The position numbers were made by a program, and so were the translations under genes. The notes below the pieces were generated by a model. The model was given only the letters and a program-made list of their open reading frames with translations, ran no database searches and was not told the DNA's origin. Positions 38,640 through 54,534 of a DNA stretch of 64,000 nt are shown one piece after another (within the stretch, counting starts at the first letter, position 1; every line of letters begins with the position of its first letter). Origin of the DNA: Catajapyx aquilonaris (lineage: Eukaryota); assembly GCA_000934665.2 (NCBI GenBank), contig KZ538183.1, positions 1 through 64,000 of the forward strand. The letters run 5' to 3'.

Positions 38640-40878
38640 ATGTGGTTGCCAGAATGGCAAACAACATGTATCATTCAGATGAAACTACGAACTGGCTGCC
38701 CAGCAGTGCCAGTATACTTTCTATGTATTCCAATTATGTAATAAAACCAGTTAAAAGGTACCCATGCCAGTCCCATTCTGTCAGTTTTTATCACGTGGTT
38801 TTTATTCAGGAATAACTTGTACTGATCTTGATACTGTTCAACTAAATGAAGTGTACCTCTAGTAAATTGATAATCAAATTAAATCAAATGTTCCAATTAC
38901 AGTACCCTTCTTCAACCCCTACACCACCCTACACAGTACACAGGGTTGATGGCATTGCCTAGACACACAGCGGCAAAATCTCACCTGGTTATCATTTTCC
39001 AACTTGTCAAATTATGTTTTAAGTCTTTCTTTCAATTCTTTAAAGCTTCTTGGCTCAGTTTTGTAAACTCCATCAATGGCCATCCCCAAAAGTACAAAGT
39101 CACAATAACTCACATTGTCATATTAGATAACGTCAATAGCTCTTGATAACGTTATTGGAGGTTGTGCTGGAGCCCAATCAGCAGTAGGCCTACCGGTAGG
39201 CTACCCCTTCCTCCTTAAGCCAAAAGTGTTAAGAGAAATTCTGCCTCATTCCGGCCACGAAATTTTTGAAATTAACAATTTAAAAATAAATTTTAAATGT
39301 ACAGTAATTTTAAAACTAGTGGCCTCCAATGAGGTAAGGAAAAAAATAAAAAAGAATATCTTTTTAAAACTAGTAACTTTTGGCTCACCCTGTATATTAC
39401 AGTTCAGTAACTTATTTTGCAAATCTAGCTCAGTCTACAGGCAGTATCACCCAAGCTGGCAAGGTATGGCTTGACGGCAGGTGTCATTGATGCAGACATA
39501 CAAAATCTTGTTCACCGTGGTAAGACTGTATGCAGTAGTCAAGGTCAGTTCCATCTTGTGCAATGTAGTTTCTGGGGAGGTACACACGCAGTTCTTACAC
39601 TGCTGCCCTGCTAATTGGATGCCAGCTCCAGTCAGAGCTGACACGCCTGTATCATAATAACAACACAATAATAATTGGGTTAGTGCACCTTCCATGTTGG
39701 GCATCTGGCATGGTACCTTTATTTGCTTTTTGAGGTGTACAAGCATGGTCCTTTTCCCTAACACCAGGGTACCAGGAAAGAGGGAGGGTTTACAGGGAGA
39801 GGTGATGTGCTAGGGCAATGTCATTTTGTGCAGTCCCCTGGGTAGTTAGTCTAGTGGAGATCCACCAGACACCCATAATATAGAGACGACACTCCACCCA
39901 AGTCTGAGATGGAAGTGATTCGTCCTGTCCCAATCTGGGCTTCCGTAAACTTGAAGGTTAGTAGAGGGAAGCACTTTCAACACTTTACTGTCCACTGGGT
40001 AGTGGTTGCAGAGTGCACTGTGTTGTCCTAACATACAGGTCTAATAGTATTGGTGTATGCAGTGCAGCTACTGGGCTGACCTGGCCACCTGTCAGTGGAA
40101 AGTGGGATAGACTGGGTAATGGAGTATGCAGCTGGCCCAGTATTAAGTCATGTTCAGATGATTGTGGAAGACAAGTGGCTAATGCCTGCAATAAGTACCA
40201 TCAGATAGTTCTGTTACAGGTAGGCCTATTGTGCAAAGCCAGCAGAGTTTGTGGGGGCTGCTCTTGAAATGAGGTTTTGCTTCCTTGGAAGCTCCAGAAC
40301 ATGACACACATCACACAGTCACTACACAACATCCGCTACCATCTCGCTCAATTACCCTGGTATTTATTTAAGAGCACATTGTGTTGCCAACTGAGTGCAG
40401 CTGAAGTGACTGATGAGTACTGTACATTGTCAAACATAGAGATGTGTTCCCAAGCTCACAAGAAGGAGAGTTTTGGAGTGTGAGTGAGAAGTCAATGGAC
40501 AAAATATTGGGATTCAAGAATTTGCTTCAAATTCTTAGCTCATGATTTTGCTACAGCCAATTCTCGTGAGCTTTGGTACACACCTTAGCTGATTTACATA
40601 ATGACGATTGTACAAACAAGGTGTGTGTATGTGCCCGTCTGACATTAGCTCTGGGGACGGAAATGGGTGTTTTTATGTAACTGTGGAGACATTTTCCAAA
40701 TAGAGGGGACATTTTCAGTCCCTACAGTTAAAACGCCTGATGTGGTACTACTTTAGTGGGGACATGTTCCCATAATTGGGTTTTTAAAAACTCCATTTAT
40801 CTCAGCCTAGGTATGGTTGGGTAGGTTAGGTTAGGTTATGTTAGGATAGGTTATGTTAGGATAAGCTAGGTTTGAACA

Positions 40879-41205
40879 GGGAAGGTGTGGTGGCCGAGAT
40901 GGTAACTTCTTGGCTTGCTGTGCGAAAGGTCCCAGGTTCTAATCCCCACCCGGGAGTTCCCTTTCACCTGCATCGGGAGGGTCTCTGACCTGCGCCATGG
41001 TCTGGCAACCTAACCTCCAGGGAGACTGCACATGACCCCGGTATAATGACATTGCATCTACACCCCTGTCTTCTCCCCAGAAATCCCCATCCCTACCTCA
41101 TGTCCTGTCTTCCCTGCACCAGTGATTCAAGAAAACATTAACAACAATCGATTGGAAAAAAATTGTGGTATTCCACCCCCCTAAAAGGGCCCCCAGGGCC
41201 CTATG
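40879..41205 (+). mobile_element. tRNA-derived SINE (family A, diverged)
   Basis: Head GGGAAGGTGTGGTGGCCGAGATGGTAAC, with body and tail homologous to 22343-22684. Confidence 0.8.
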
Positions 41206-41896
41206 ATGTCTTTTTAAAAATTATTTTAAACATGACTTAATAAGTTGTTAATATGCCTTAACTATGTAACACTACACTAATAAATCAACACTAGAAAAAT
41301 TCTATGCAAATGATGTGCCTGATGCAGCATTGGGTCAGCTTTCAATGAAGCAGAGGCAAATCAACATGTTCATCACATTTAAAGTCCAGGGGGGAGGGGA
41401 AATGGAGTACCATAGCAGTAATGTATGTACCCATTGATGGACACTTGGTTAAATCCTAAGCCCGGGTCTTTCCCCTTTTTAATAGCTTCGCCTCAGGTGA
41501 GATTTCTTGAGACGAATCACCCTGAGGAACACACAAAATGGCACTATCAATGTTGGACTAGCAACTTGCACTTCCCCTCCCACTCACCCCACCCACAGAC
41601 CCAGGTGTATCTTTCAAAGGTTCAATATTTCTTGGATACTGAAATAAAAGTCCATACTATCAGTTATCAGCTCTTGATACTATATACCTCAATTTAGGTC
41701 AAAGCACTACATAGATTATTATATGACATTGTTACAAGTCCAGGGGCAATGCTCCTTTGGAAATGTGGGGCCCTCTTTTGCAGGATTTCAAGCAAAAACA
41801 TATTTTTGATGAAAACCTCATTTGACATTACCATGGAAGAGCATTTTCAAGTGACGTGTAAGAACTGTTACAAATTGGTGTACAGATGAATGCATT

Positions 41897-44800
41897 TTAT
41901 GACAGGTCATTGATTTTTTTACACACTTCTTTGTATGACCAAGACCAACTTCCTCTGTGGAGTTCCAACAGTGTCTTGGCTCTCATTAGTGTACTTTTCA
42001 ATGTTTCAACTGCTTTTAGATTTTGCTTTTTGATATCTCCCTTTGATGCACATTGCTCTATATAAGCTTCTGCAACATCTGCCAGTTTCAGAAGTTCATG
42101 TGCAACTTCAACACTGTTACAACCAAACTTAGCAGAAGTTGAATTAATTGTTACGAGTAATTTTTTAATGGCTTCAGAATACCGTCCCTCATAAGATAAG
42201 TACATTGCCAATTTGTCTTGCACTTCAGTGAGTAAGGTATGGTTCCTGAATACAACCGGAACACACATTGATTCACATTCTGATAGTTTGACTGCACTAC
42301 CTTTCAGATCACCTTTATTCATAAGTTCAGTTGCATCCTTCAAATGATTTTGAGCACGTGCAATTGTGCCCAATTGGGCAGTGATATCCTTCATTGCTGC
42401 ACAGCTGCTACAGTAAGATGATGCGTCAACAGGTCCTGCACATGTTGGGCACATGACAGCATTGTACATATCAACTGATGTGTTGCTGCACTTATCACAA
42501 ATGCAAATAAAGAAGTACTGCTGCTTGAGGATGGATTGCCTTTCTTTGCGACTCATGCGTGCATGGTGGGGACCTGGAAGAAGATTAAAGTAATTGTTGT
42601 AAAATAATTTCTGAATTTTCTTGCACATTATAATGTTGGTACCTTCACATTATGGACGTAACATTTTTATAATGAAATACCAGGATCATTAAGATGAGCC
42701 AGTCAACCATAATTATGTGGACATGGTTATGAATAGAGCCAGGACCAAATGTGCTAAAAATTCCTTGAAATCTCACCTGCCAGTGGCCCCCAGAGTCTGT
42801 TCCTGGATCAGTTTCAGAGTGGATTGCAATAATTTTTCAGTTAGGTTTTTCCTAATGATGTTAGATGAAAAAAGTAAATGTCAATTTTTGCCAACTTAGT
42901 TTCCCAACTGATTTATTTGAATTTGAAAATCATGAATTTGAATGATTTCAAACTTCAGATGACAGTAGGTCCTTTGAGAATTTCTATTTCTTCAGCAATG
43001 TAATAAATGCTCAATTTTAAAAGCTGCTAATGGGGTCCTAGCCTTGGCCATGGCCTTGACCTGGGATTTGGGGTAATTTGTACACGAATAGCTCAACGAT
43101 ACATATAAACACGCATTCCACCACTTTTCGGCACCAAATTGTCATTCCTCAATAAAGTATCAGGGGTTTAAAAGTCACTCGCAAATTGGCGGGAAAACCG
43201 GGGGCATGGCCTCTGACCCAAGTGACATCAGCAGGCCATTGCCTCACGCTCGTTCGACTCGGCTTATTTACTGGCGGTCCCGTTCGATTAGGATTTACTT
43301 GCGATCATTCGATTCTGTAGTTAGGCAACAAACAAAGGAACAAAGCAACCCGGGTGCAATCCTGCCTCTGCATGTTGTTGTTTTTTTGACCTGAGTGAAA
43401 TCAGAGGGCAATATTTTTTGACCCGAGTGATGTCAGAGGGCAATACGATACCGTATAATTATTATGATCTTAGATCGATCATAGCTCGAAAACTAATATT
43501 TATTTCTTCAAACAAAAAACACCTAAATTAATTTAAAAATAAGGACGATTTTTTACATGGGTTTGCAAAATGTAGGCTAGGACCCCATTGTTCATTAAAA
43601 GGAACATTTCATGAAATTGATAGTTTCTCAGTCATGGATGCACAATATGGCAACCTTTAAGTGGGGTAATACAGTGGGAAATGAGTAATGCTCACACACT
43701 AACTCCATCAACATCTATTTGATGAACATTATGCAAATAATATAAAAACAGCCCATTTCCACTCATTTCCATAAAAAAATTTAACACAGTTTTTTCCTTG
43801 CGTCACCCACCCTTATATGATGGTTGTGCTACTTTGAGTGGAATTTTCGTCTCCCTGATAGTCACTGCTAACTTATCAGTACCATTGCCAACACTGGTAA
43901 GACTGCTAAGTTAGCAGTGACTATCAGTGGGACAAAAATTCCACCCTTTGCTTTTTGGAATACCTACACCCCTTCATTCTGATGTCTACAAATTGGTCCA
44001 CTTGTAGACGAGACTTGTATGGACTTTTAGGCATGTTTGGTCCTGGACTGACTCACAACAACGTACTTGTAGATATGGGTGGCTGGCTAACAATCTCCTC
44101 AATAAATGTTTAAGTACTGGCTCACATACTGGGATTAACTCGTGTTTGAAGGATGATGTATAATATTGTAGAATTTTCCTGCATGCTTCATGATATACAG
44201 TGAAACCTGCCCATTACGGACCCTGGGTATAGCGGAAACCTACAGTATCCATTGCAGAATAATTTCTGGGAGCGGGCATATGCACATGGCATACAATGTT
44301 TTTTTTTTACGGATATAACGGAACCTGCCCAACGTGGAAACGGAAGGGATTTTTGTCTCCCTCAAGAGAAAATCTCTGTTCATAACGGAAATCAAAAGGC
44401 TCACATTATCTCCTACGGGTAACAAAATAGAAACTACAGCTGAGTTCCCTATCGGGCCTCCCATGAGGCCTCTGAGTAACCCTTTTTGGACCGTGGGTGT
44501 GTCCCATAATTGCTGGAATTGCTACCAGCCCATGGCCTTGAAGATAAAGGGTGATGAAAGGGGACTATTTTTGGTTGGGGAACTCGAAAACCGGCTTGTG
44601 GGGCGGGTCAAAAAGATGTGATTCATGTGATTCGTAGGTGCCTTCAAATTTCGTTCACGGTTCAGCCCAGTTTTAAAATATCAGGGAAGAGGAAGAGGTT
44701 GGCTCAGGTTCAACATATTGCCCAAGTCCAGGCTGATGGTCCAATGGAGCAGGCAAAATTATAGCCCAAAATGTTGGTGTAGCAAAATTTATTGCTTCAA

Positions 44801-47800
44801 ATGGGTGCTGGAAAGTTTCCGCAATAAGCACATACAATAGGTCTACTGTATTGACTGATTTTGCACCATATTGAGGTAAGGTGCTTATTTCGGCTCTCCC
44901 CATTTTCCTCTCTTTCTCGCAAGCAAAAAAAATCAGTAATGTCCTTGATCTTAATAGAGCGGAAACCTATCAGTAACGAAAAAATTTTGGGGTCCTGTGC
45001 GATTTCACTATATACAGGTTTCCCTGTATTAAGTTACTTAATTCCTGAAAAACAAATATGTATTAAGCCCCATTGCTTTTTTAATACTTAATGTTAGTGT
45101 ACTCTTCAGTACCATCAGCAAGGATGCAAATACACACAGTTGTGTCCATCTTACCATAACAGTTGTAAACTTCTTGTCCTGCCTTGATATTACAAGCAGC
45201 CCTCACGATAAGAGTATCACCAAAAAAACAGTGGGTCACGTTAGGTTCACAAGCATGGTTCATCATGCTAGCTGATGGAAATATGGCTGTGGCAATCCTG
45301 ATCTGGCTCTCACTCTGAAACATATTTTGCAAGAGAGGATCATCCCTTTTTTCTAGTGTTGTCACAGCATGGGCATTGCAAACAAGTTGTGCCACATGGT
45401 GTAATAAAAGCACCGCCAGGTCTTCCTCACATGGCTTCAAGTCATCAGGTGAAAATGTTGTGTGACAGATCAAATACCGGCTCAGTAAACAAGCAGTCTG
45501 AAATTGAAAAGAAACTTTCACTAAAGACTACTCACTCATGGAAAGCATGGGAATAAGCAGGCTTTTACATAACTGGATTGTTACAAAAATTTTATGATTC
45601 CAACAAATGGGTTTTCTCCATTTCCCCCATGCAATCAAAATCCACTGGCAGCACAGTGATTGAACAGTCAGGTTTAGAAAAGTGCTTGATGTAATTGTGA
45701 GAGTAACTTAAACTGTAATTATCTGTAAGTTTATCAAGCACCAATGTAGGGTTCATTCATGTTGTTTGAAACTATAATTAAAACGTTGTTAGTTGAATCT
45801 TTCCCCCTGACTTTATTTCAAACCTGTCGTACTTAATTCAAACTAACTTAAATTCGAGCCACTACCTGCGGTGGTTTGGTACTGTACAAGTGCTTGAAGT
45901 TAACTTGTAGGAAGATAAATCGCACGGCAAAACCTTTCACAAAACCCCAGTTAGCAATCAGAGACAGTAAACTTACTCCACCTTACCCTACCTAAAATAT
46001 TGTCACATTCACAAAATAATGCTACTTATAAGTTATAACTAATAAGCGTCTATCATGCAGAGGTCCTTTTTTTGTAAAGTACAAAACAATACTACAAAAT
46101 TCTGCACCATGGCAGCTTCACATCAATCATGTCCTTGTATGGTCTAATTTATGAAAAGATGTGATAGAGATCTCTGCATCCATGACTGTTAATAGGGCGT
46201 CCACACTGCCACCAGTCAGCCATGTGATGCATAACTATAGCAATAAGTTGCACATGTGTGTTTCATACAAAGACAGCCTCGATATCACTGGGTGGGCTGT
46301 CGCACATGCTCTATATTCAAAAAACTAGTAACACAGATTCTGCAGGAATATAATATTTACATACTGCTGCATATTGAAGAACATCTTCTGGTTCCATCTC
46401 ATCTAGGTGAGTCATTAGGCTGAAGACAGCTGGATATCGATTGGATTTGTCACAAAACACAGATGATGTGTATGGTATTGCATTAGAAACTGAAGTCTTT
46501 TGTGCTAACAGAATCGTTCGAACAGCTAGATGTGCCACACCCACAGAATGAAGCAATGTGATTCCACAGCACTCCCAAAGGTGGTGTTGCTTCTGGGATT
46601 CATCACGACATAACTCAGAGCAGAACAGGGCCACAGTGCACGTTTCACACCTTCCAAAGGAGAATTCAAATTAGGGCCACATTATAACAAACTCTTCAAG
46701 CGATTGCATATGACCAACGAACAGATTTCTAGGTTTTTACCTATTTTTTATTTTGTAGGCAGAACACCGGAACCAAAATATCTATCCATTTCATAACACA
46801 AGGAACTCAAAAATTGTAGTTTTATAAAACCTAAAATTGACAATTTTGGACATTGGGACCTAAATGGCCTATTAGCGCCTATTATCACCTATTTATGCCT
46901 TTTCGTAATGTATTTTCGGCAGTTTTTACGTGTTTCCGTTCAAGTCATCCCTCCTGATTCAACCTGTGAATAGCGAAGAAGCTGTAGCCTATAGACATGC
47001 CAGATGAACTGGCTGTACAATACATTTAACTTTTCATGAATGATCCAGTTGGTTTGTGTGACGGCGAAAGGTCATTTTCAGCGTATCAAGTTGTACTGTC
47101 ACACAGGCATTGCCGATAAATAATAATAATAAATTAAAATATGGAACAACTGCTAATTTGTTACTGTGTTGCAAAATTATATGGGGCCCAAGTTGGGCCC
47201 CATGTAGGCTGTATTTTTTTAAATTTTTTTTTATTTTTGCATTACCCCACGGGGGGAGTTACGTACTCCTTAGGGGGGGTGGATTACCACCATTGGGGTT
47301 TTCGTTGGAGCCAGTTAAGATAGAATCTTATTAGTGTACTCCAAGGGTGGGTGGGAGGGGATGTGCAAAGTGCAAGTGCAATGTCTCTAATCGTCATTTT
47401 GTGAACTCCCCCGGGTGGCTTAGTCTGTCGAAAATTGCCACCCGAAACGAAGCCAGAGATGGCCCAACTCTGCACGAAAGAAGGTGGGAACCCCGGGTGG
47501 GGATTGAACCCGGGACCTTAACTTCCGTGGGCGCGCGCGTTACCGCGGCGCCACTCCGTCTCCCCTGTAGGCTGTAATATTGCATGGGACTGAAAATAAA
47601 TTATGACCTATTTGATTTTTAGTACCTATTTAAGAGCCTATTTTACCTGTTTTCAGGACCTAAATGCCTACCTATTGAGGTTTTTTTTTTTCGAACCTAG
47701 AAATCCATTCTTTGAATATCACACCACATACAGTAAACACATATAAAACCGCACTTTAAGCCTGCAAGTGTATCATCTGGCAGCAGGGGGAGACATACTG

Positions 47801-49858
47801 CATTTGTGACAACTGGCATTTTGTAATATGCCTGTTTGTAACTTTACTTAATTAATTTTGCAAATTACTGAATCCACAGCTAAGACATCCTGCACATTAT
47901 TTCCACCTTCCATCTTTTAAGCTCACATGGCAAGTCTGTTCGAGTTTGTCCAAAATTTCATGGCTATTGGGGATTACACCGCAATTCACAATTCACAAAG
48001 GTGGAGCTGCTGATGGCAGGCCTGAAATTATGGTGATGCATTCCAAATTTCCCTTGAAAAACATGCCATTGCACACTGCATTGGTTTCAAACTAATAGAA
48101 CTCTTGCTGCCTGCTAAATTTTGCATTTTTCCCGCCCAATCTTAATCACTAAAACCTTACGGAATGGGTGCTCTCATAATCTTGTAACACTGGTGGCACC
48201 GAGTTTCTTGATGCTCTGGCAACAATACTGAAGCATATGCCTCTTCCATAAACAACACATGCCCTGCCTGAATGTCATCTGCAGACACAATGTGGCGACC
48301 TTTCTGTGGGTCACACTTCAATGAAATCTCATTGGAAGCAAATGCGTATGTTGGATTTACACTCATTTTCAAGTCTATTTTAATTTCTTCACTTGCTTTC
48401 ACGTGCCTCTCACAAGCAGTACGTCTAGAAAGCAATTTATTTTTCAGGCTGTCTGGGCATTCACGTTGTTGCAAAGCCATGTTTATGTCAGCTATAGCAT
48501 ATTTATAATGTTGCATGTGGAACAATGCAGCTGAACGATTTCCCAGAGCGAGGGAGTATTCAGGCGAATTTACAGGAGCAAATATAAGGCTCTGAGTGTA
48601 TAAGGATAGGCTTCCACTATCATCGCTAACACGGAATTTATTGTTGCCCATGGCACGAAGCTCTGAAGACTTGGCAGCATCCTTGCACAGTTGAGTAGAC
48701 ACACAGTGATCCAGCCACAGCTGAAGCACTTCTCTGCAACACAGGAACACATAAAGTATGTGATATTTTTGTACTTGGAATAAGTTACAGTGTAACCATC
48801 AAGATATTGCTCTAATTATGAAATATAAACAATCCTTTGTTCAAAGTTGAGTCAAATGAAAATAAACCAGTCATGCTATACATACTCGTAGTCAATACAC
48901 AAATATAGTTGTGAATAAATTGAGGGACAATAATAATATTACTAAATCCTCTCCCTTACACATCCTGTCATGCCATAAAGGACGCCATGCTGGTAAGGAT
49001 CTCTTGCAATTTTCAGTTTGACCCCCATAAAAAGGGACTTTAACTGAACTGGCAAATTTTGATTTAAAAAGGGCCATGGGTGCTAAGAAAGGTAACAGCA
49101 AAAGCAAAGTTAACTGAGACAATGAGAAATTTGCAGTCTGGTGCAGTTCCAGGATTTGTTCATGATCATGTTTCAATAACTGCTGGCATTCTTCTATTTA
49201 AATACCTTTGCAATTAAGGCTGAAAATCTGTATCAGTACAGGGATAGGACACTGGTGATTGGGCAGGGAAAAGTTAAATCTGCTTAGAAAGGGTTCATAG
49301 ATCCATAAAGTAAATCAGGTCAGCATCTGTTCTCAAACGATGAAGCTCCTTTAACCCTGGAACCATGGCATGGGGTCTTTTAGGACCCCAAAGGAATTAA
49401 AATGCATTAAAATGATAATTACAATGAACTGTTGCCATTTAAAAAAGTATATAATAGAAAGTGCATGTTTATTTTGAATTGGCAATCATTTTAGGCATTG
49501 TTCAAAGAGTTATGGCATATAGTCAATACATTGAAAAGTATTACATAAAAATGAGGGGAGGCGCAGTGGCGCTGCGGGTCCCAGGTTCGATCCCAGCCCG
49601 GGGACACCCCCTTCATCTCGTGCAGAGTTTAGGTCGTCTCTGGCTTCGTCTCGGGGGGTATTTCCAATAGACTAAACCACCCGGGGAGTTCACAAAATGT
49701 ACCCATATCAGTCTGCGCACTGCACTTTGCACATCCCCTCCTGTCATCCTGCCCGTAGGCCCGGGCGCTTCAATGAATAGGCACCAGCTGTACCAATATC
49801 AAAATAAAGGTCTGTGTGATATACCCCCATTTGGGGGTGAGAGCTCTACCCCAGGATT

Positions 49859-49906
<48 letters not shown>

Positions 49907-50599
49907 ATTATATAAAAATGAATAAAAATTAAAATATGGATGGAGTTCTAAAAGACCCCACATCACGGTTCCATGGTTAACAAGTTGGGCTCTAAATATT
50001 GGGTGAAAAATCTTTATCTGTTTATTTCAGCACTGAACTGTAACCCCAGGACAAGATGTCAAAGCTGGACTGAAAGCCACTGTCATCCAGCTAGTGGTGC
50101 CACCATGCAGGTGGCGGCGAAAAACCACTACTCCAAAGTGATAATTTGTGACTCAATTGCCTCGGCACATTCAGTCCCATTATTTCCCTGGCATAAATGT
50201 CTGGTATGCAACTTTGCTCAGGAGGTGCTGGTGGTCCATTCGCCTGATCAACCCACAATGCATTTCTCCCCACTTGCGCTTCTTGCACTGGGCTTACATT
50301 TCAGTTCTGAGAAAAGTTTATTGCTTTCTCAGAAGCAGGATATTTTACTCCATTATCACAGCCACACTTGTCGAAGAAGTGCAGTGTCTCTTAAGATAAC
50401 GAGGTCAGCAGTTGTGATTTTAAATTTTATCCCATTTTAATTTCAACCCTTACTGTATTCCATCATCCTCCAGGCAAAACTGTACTCTTCCCTCTGTAGA
50501 CAACTTCTTGAAAGCCTTCACCCGGCCTCCTTCCTCCATTCGCTTCAATATGAAGCTCAAACAGCTCTGCCATGTGGTCCTCTTGCCTTCTGCTGTCAT
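41897..50599 (-). CDS. SMYD4: SET and MYND domain-containing protein 4 (lysine methyltransferase), about 674 aa
   Basis: Exons 50599-50454, 48733-48161, 46650-46365, 45497-45155 and 42573-41897 are in phase with GT-AG. Contains a TPR-like region (GNNKF...LGNRSAALF), split SET (KGRHIV; IFPSASMMNHACEPN; EVYNCYGP), MYND finger (CHQC...CETC...FCSELC...HLWEC) and post-SET (YFFICICDKC). Confidence 0.93.
44198..45026. mobile_element. Tigger/pogo-like MITE in a SMYD4 intron
   Basis: TA|CAGTGAAACCTG ... CAGGTTTCCCTG|TA, with repeated ACGGAAACC sub-terminal motifs. Confidence 0.65.
47214..47565 (-). mobile_element. tRNA-derived SINE (family B)
   Basis: TSD TGTAGGCTGTA (47203-47213, 47566-47576), A and B boxes, A-rich tail. 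Confidence 0.88.
49355..49976. mobile_element. piggyBac-type MITE containing a family-B SINE (49555-49911, plus strand, (GAT)n tail)
   Basis: TTAA|CCCTGGAACC ... GGTTCCATGG|TTAA. The SINE is flanked by TAAAAATGA duplications. Confidence 0.78.
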
Positions 50600-52667
50600 T
50601 AGTTTCTTGTACCTTCTGCTTTAAAGGTTTTGTGGTCATTAGGAGAGGTGCAGGGGGGGGGGGGGAANNNNNNNNNNNNNNNNNNNNNNNNNNNNNNNNN
50701 NNNGGGGGGGGGGGGGAATCAACCACAAATTAGATGAGATGTGCTGGTTATTACAATGCTAGGTAATTGTGCAAAAGACGCGACCAAAGAACAGAAAATC
50801 TATGCATTTTACTAGGGCAAACACTTAGGCCCATTCACACAGGCCGTCGACGAGAACTAAAACCAAAACCATCAACGGCCTGTGTGAATGGGACTTAATT
50901 CCCACTATATTAGGAGTACACCAAGACCATGTTAAAAAAACAACCAGAAGTGGTTCTTCAAGGTGGTTTTGATACTGCTATTTCTTTCTACAGCTGTAGG
51001 GACATGTTCTGGGTCTCAAGTCCCAGGTTCCAGAACCATTTATATTGGTGTATCCTTGTGGCTTTGCTCCCGGCTCAATATGCTTATGTCTAACTAAAAT
51101 CATTGGGAAGTGAGACGGACTGTGCCCAGCAGGGCCACAATAAGATGGACAGTAATAGTACGGTCACACCAAAGACTCCCCAGATACACCAACAAAACGG
51201 GCTCCAGGACCCTGAACCTGCAACCAGGAGCAAGGGTTGTGGTGTCTGAAAGGCAACTCAATCTCAAAACCTGCTTCAAAAACCACTTTTGCTTGTTTTT
51301 TTCTCCACGAATACGGTCCTGGTTACTCCTAATAGTGTGAAGTGGCCCATAATCGTTTGTTGTAGGTATAATTATTTTGTACCGTATTCGTTGGATCACT
51401 TCTGCATTTACCCAGTCCTGCAAATAAACCCCCCCAAAAATACCTACCAGCTGTAGTGTATGAAGTCCTAATAAAACCTGAGGGACCATGCAGTACAGGT
51501 AGTTATGAGCATCACAGTATGGAGCAGCATGAAGAATGGTATACAGATGGTATACAGAGTACAGTTGCAAGTTGGAGGTGACGAGGTTAGAGTTAGAGAA
51601 CCACTGTCAAACCTGTTATCAGACAAGTGCACAAGTCAATGAGACATGGGAACTCATGGCATGCTCATGGGAAGGTGGGTAAACGGTGCCCTACGGTGGT
51701 AAACACGAAAACCCTCCGATTGCTCCAATTTCCACCGCTGGTGCGTACAGCGCCACTGACATTTTCATGTAAAAGATATAAGACTTTAAAATATGATAAA
51801 AAGACAGCATATATTACATATTTTATATGAAGTATGATGCGTACTGTAGAGTAGTCGAGAGTAGTGATGTGTCGAAATTAGCTACGCTGCTATTACATAA
51901 CTGCTAGTCTAGAGTAGCTGATTAGTTTCACTAGCAGCTATAATGAAAAACTATTAAACTAAACTAGCAGGTGTGAGCGTGAGACCCTGAACACCCAGCG
52001 ACCTTCTGACCTTGTTCTCACCTTCAGTCTTCGCTTGTTGATGGTAGTAGTACCCGGTGAGGTTACACTGCGGTTTCATTGCCATTGATTGCATTTTATG
52101 CACGCAGTTACGGGCGTCTCAATCCCGGAAGTAGGATTTTGAAGGTGCCTGCTAAGGGGGCGAATTGGGAATCTCATTTTGCTGGCCAGGTTGTAGCATA
52201 GATTCTTCGTTGGTAATAGCAAAACTCATACTGTACTGTAAGTGATGTCGGATGTCACACAGGAGTTCATGGATTGAATGTAACAAAAGTATAGCAATAT
52301 AATAGGTTTTGCATAATATGGAGTGTTTGATTACGTAGGTCCACAGTTCAACGCTACTGTAGATTAAAAGCTAGTGACAACCTGGTGCATAGGCACGTGA
52401 TGTTGACGTTGCGATTGTTGTGGCCTGTGGTTAGGTCTTACCAACGAGTCCCACAGATACTCAGCTCCCCTAGGGTAAGCTGTATGCTAGTTTGATTTTC
52501 ATTTATCGAGTGAATCTGGGGCTCTAAAGTTGGGGATACTAAAAGCATTTTAGGTGCAGTGATTTAATAATAAATTTGTCAAAATTCGAGCTTACTGATT
52601 ATAATATTACCAGCTAAGCTGGTACCTATGATGTAACTATGCTCAAACCACATTTCTTTTCCAGGCC

Positions 52668-54534
<1,867 letters not shown>

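Noticed and set aside
40808..40870. Interstitial TTAGG telomeric repeat
   Set aside because: Short and degenerate; such tracts are common inside insect repeats.
50050..50400. Extra SMYD4 exon
   Set aside because: Contains stops in the candidate frames and looks like a decayed LINE fragment; exons 1 and 2 join in phase without it.
50463..50726. ORF-track frame as SMYD4 exon 1
   Set aside because: The frame that splices correctly is different (MTAEGKRTTWQSCL... from 50599).
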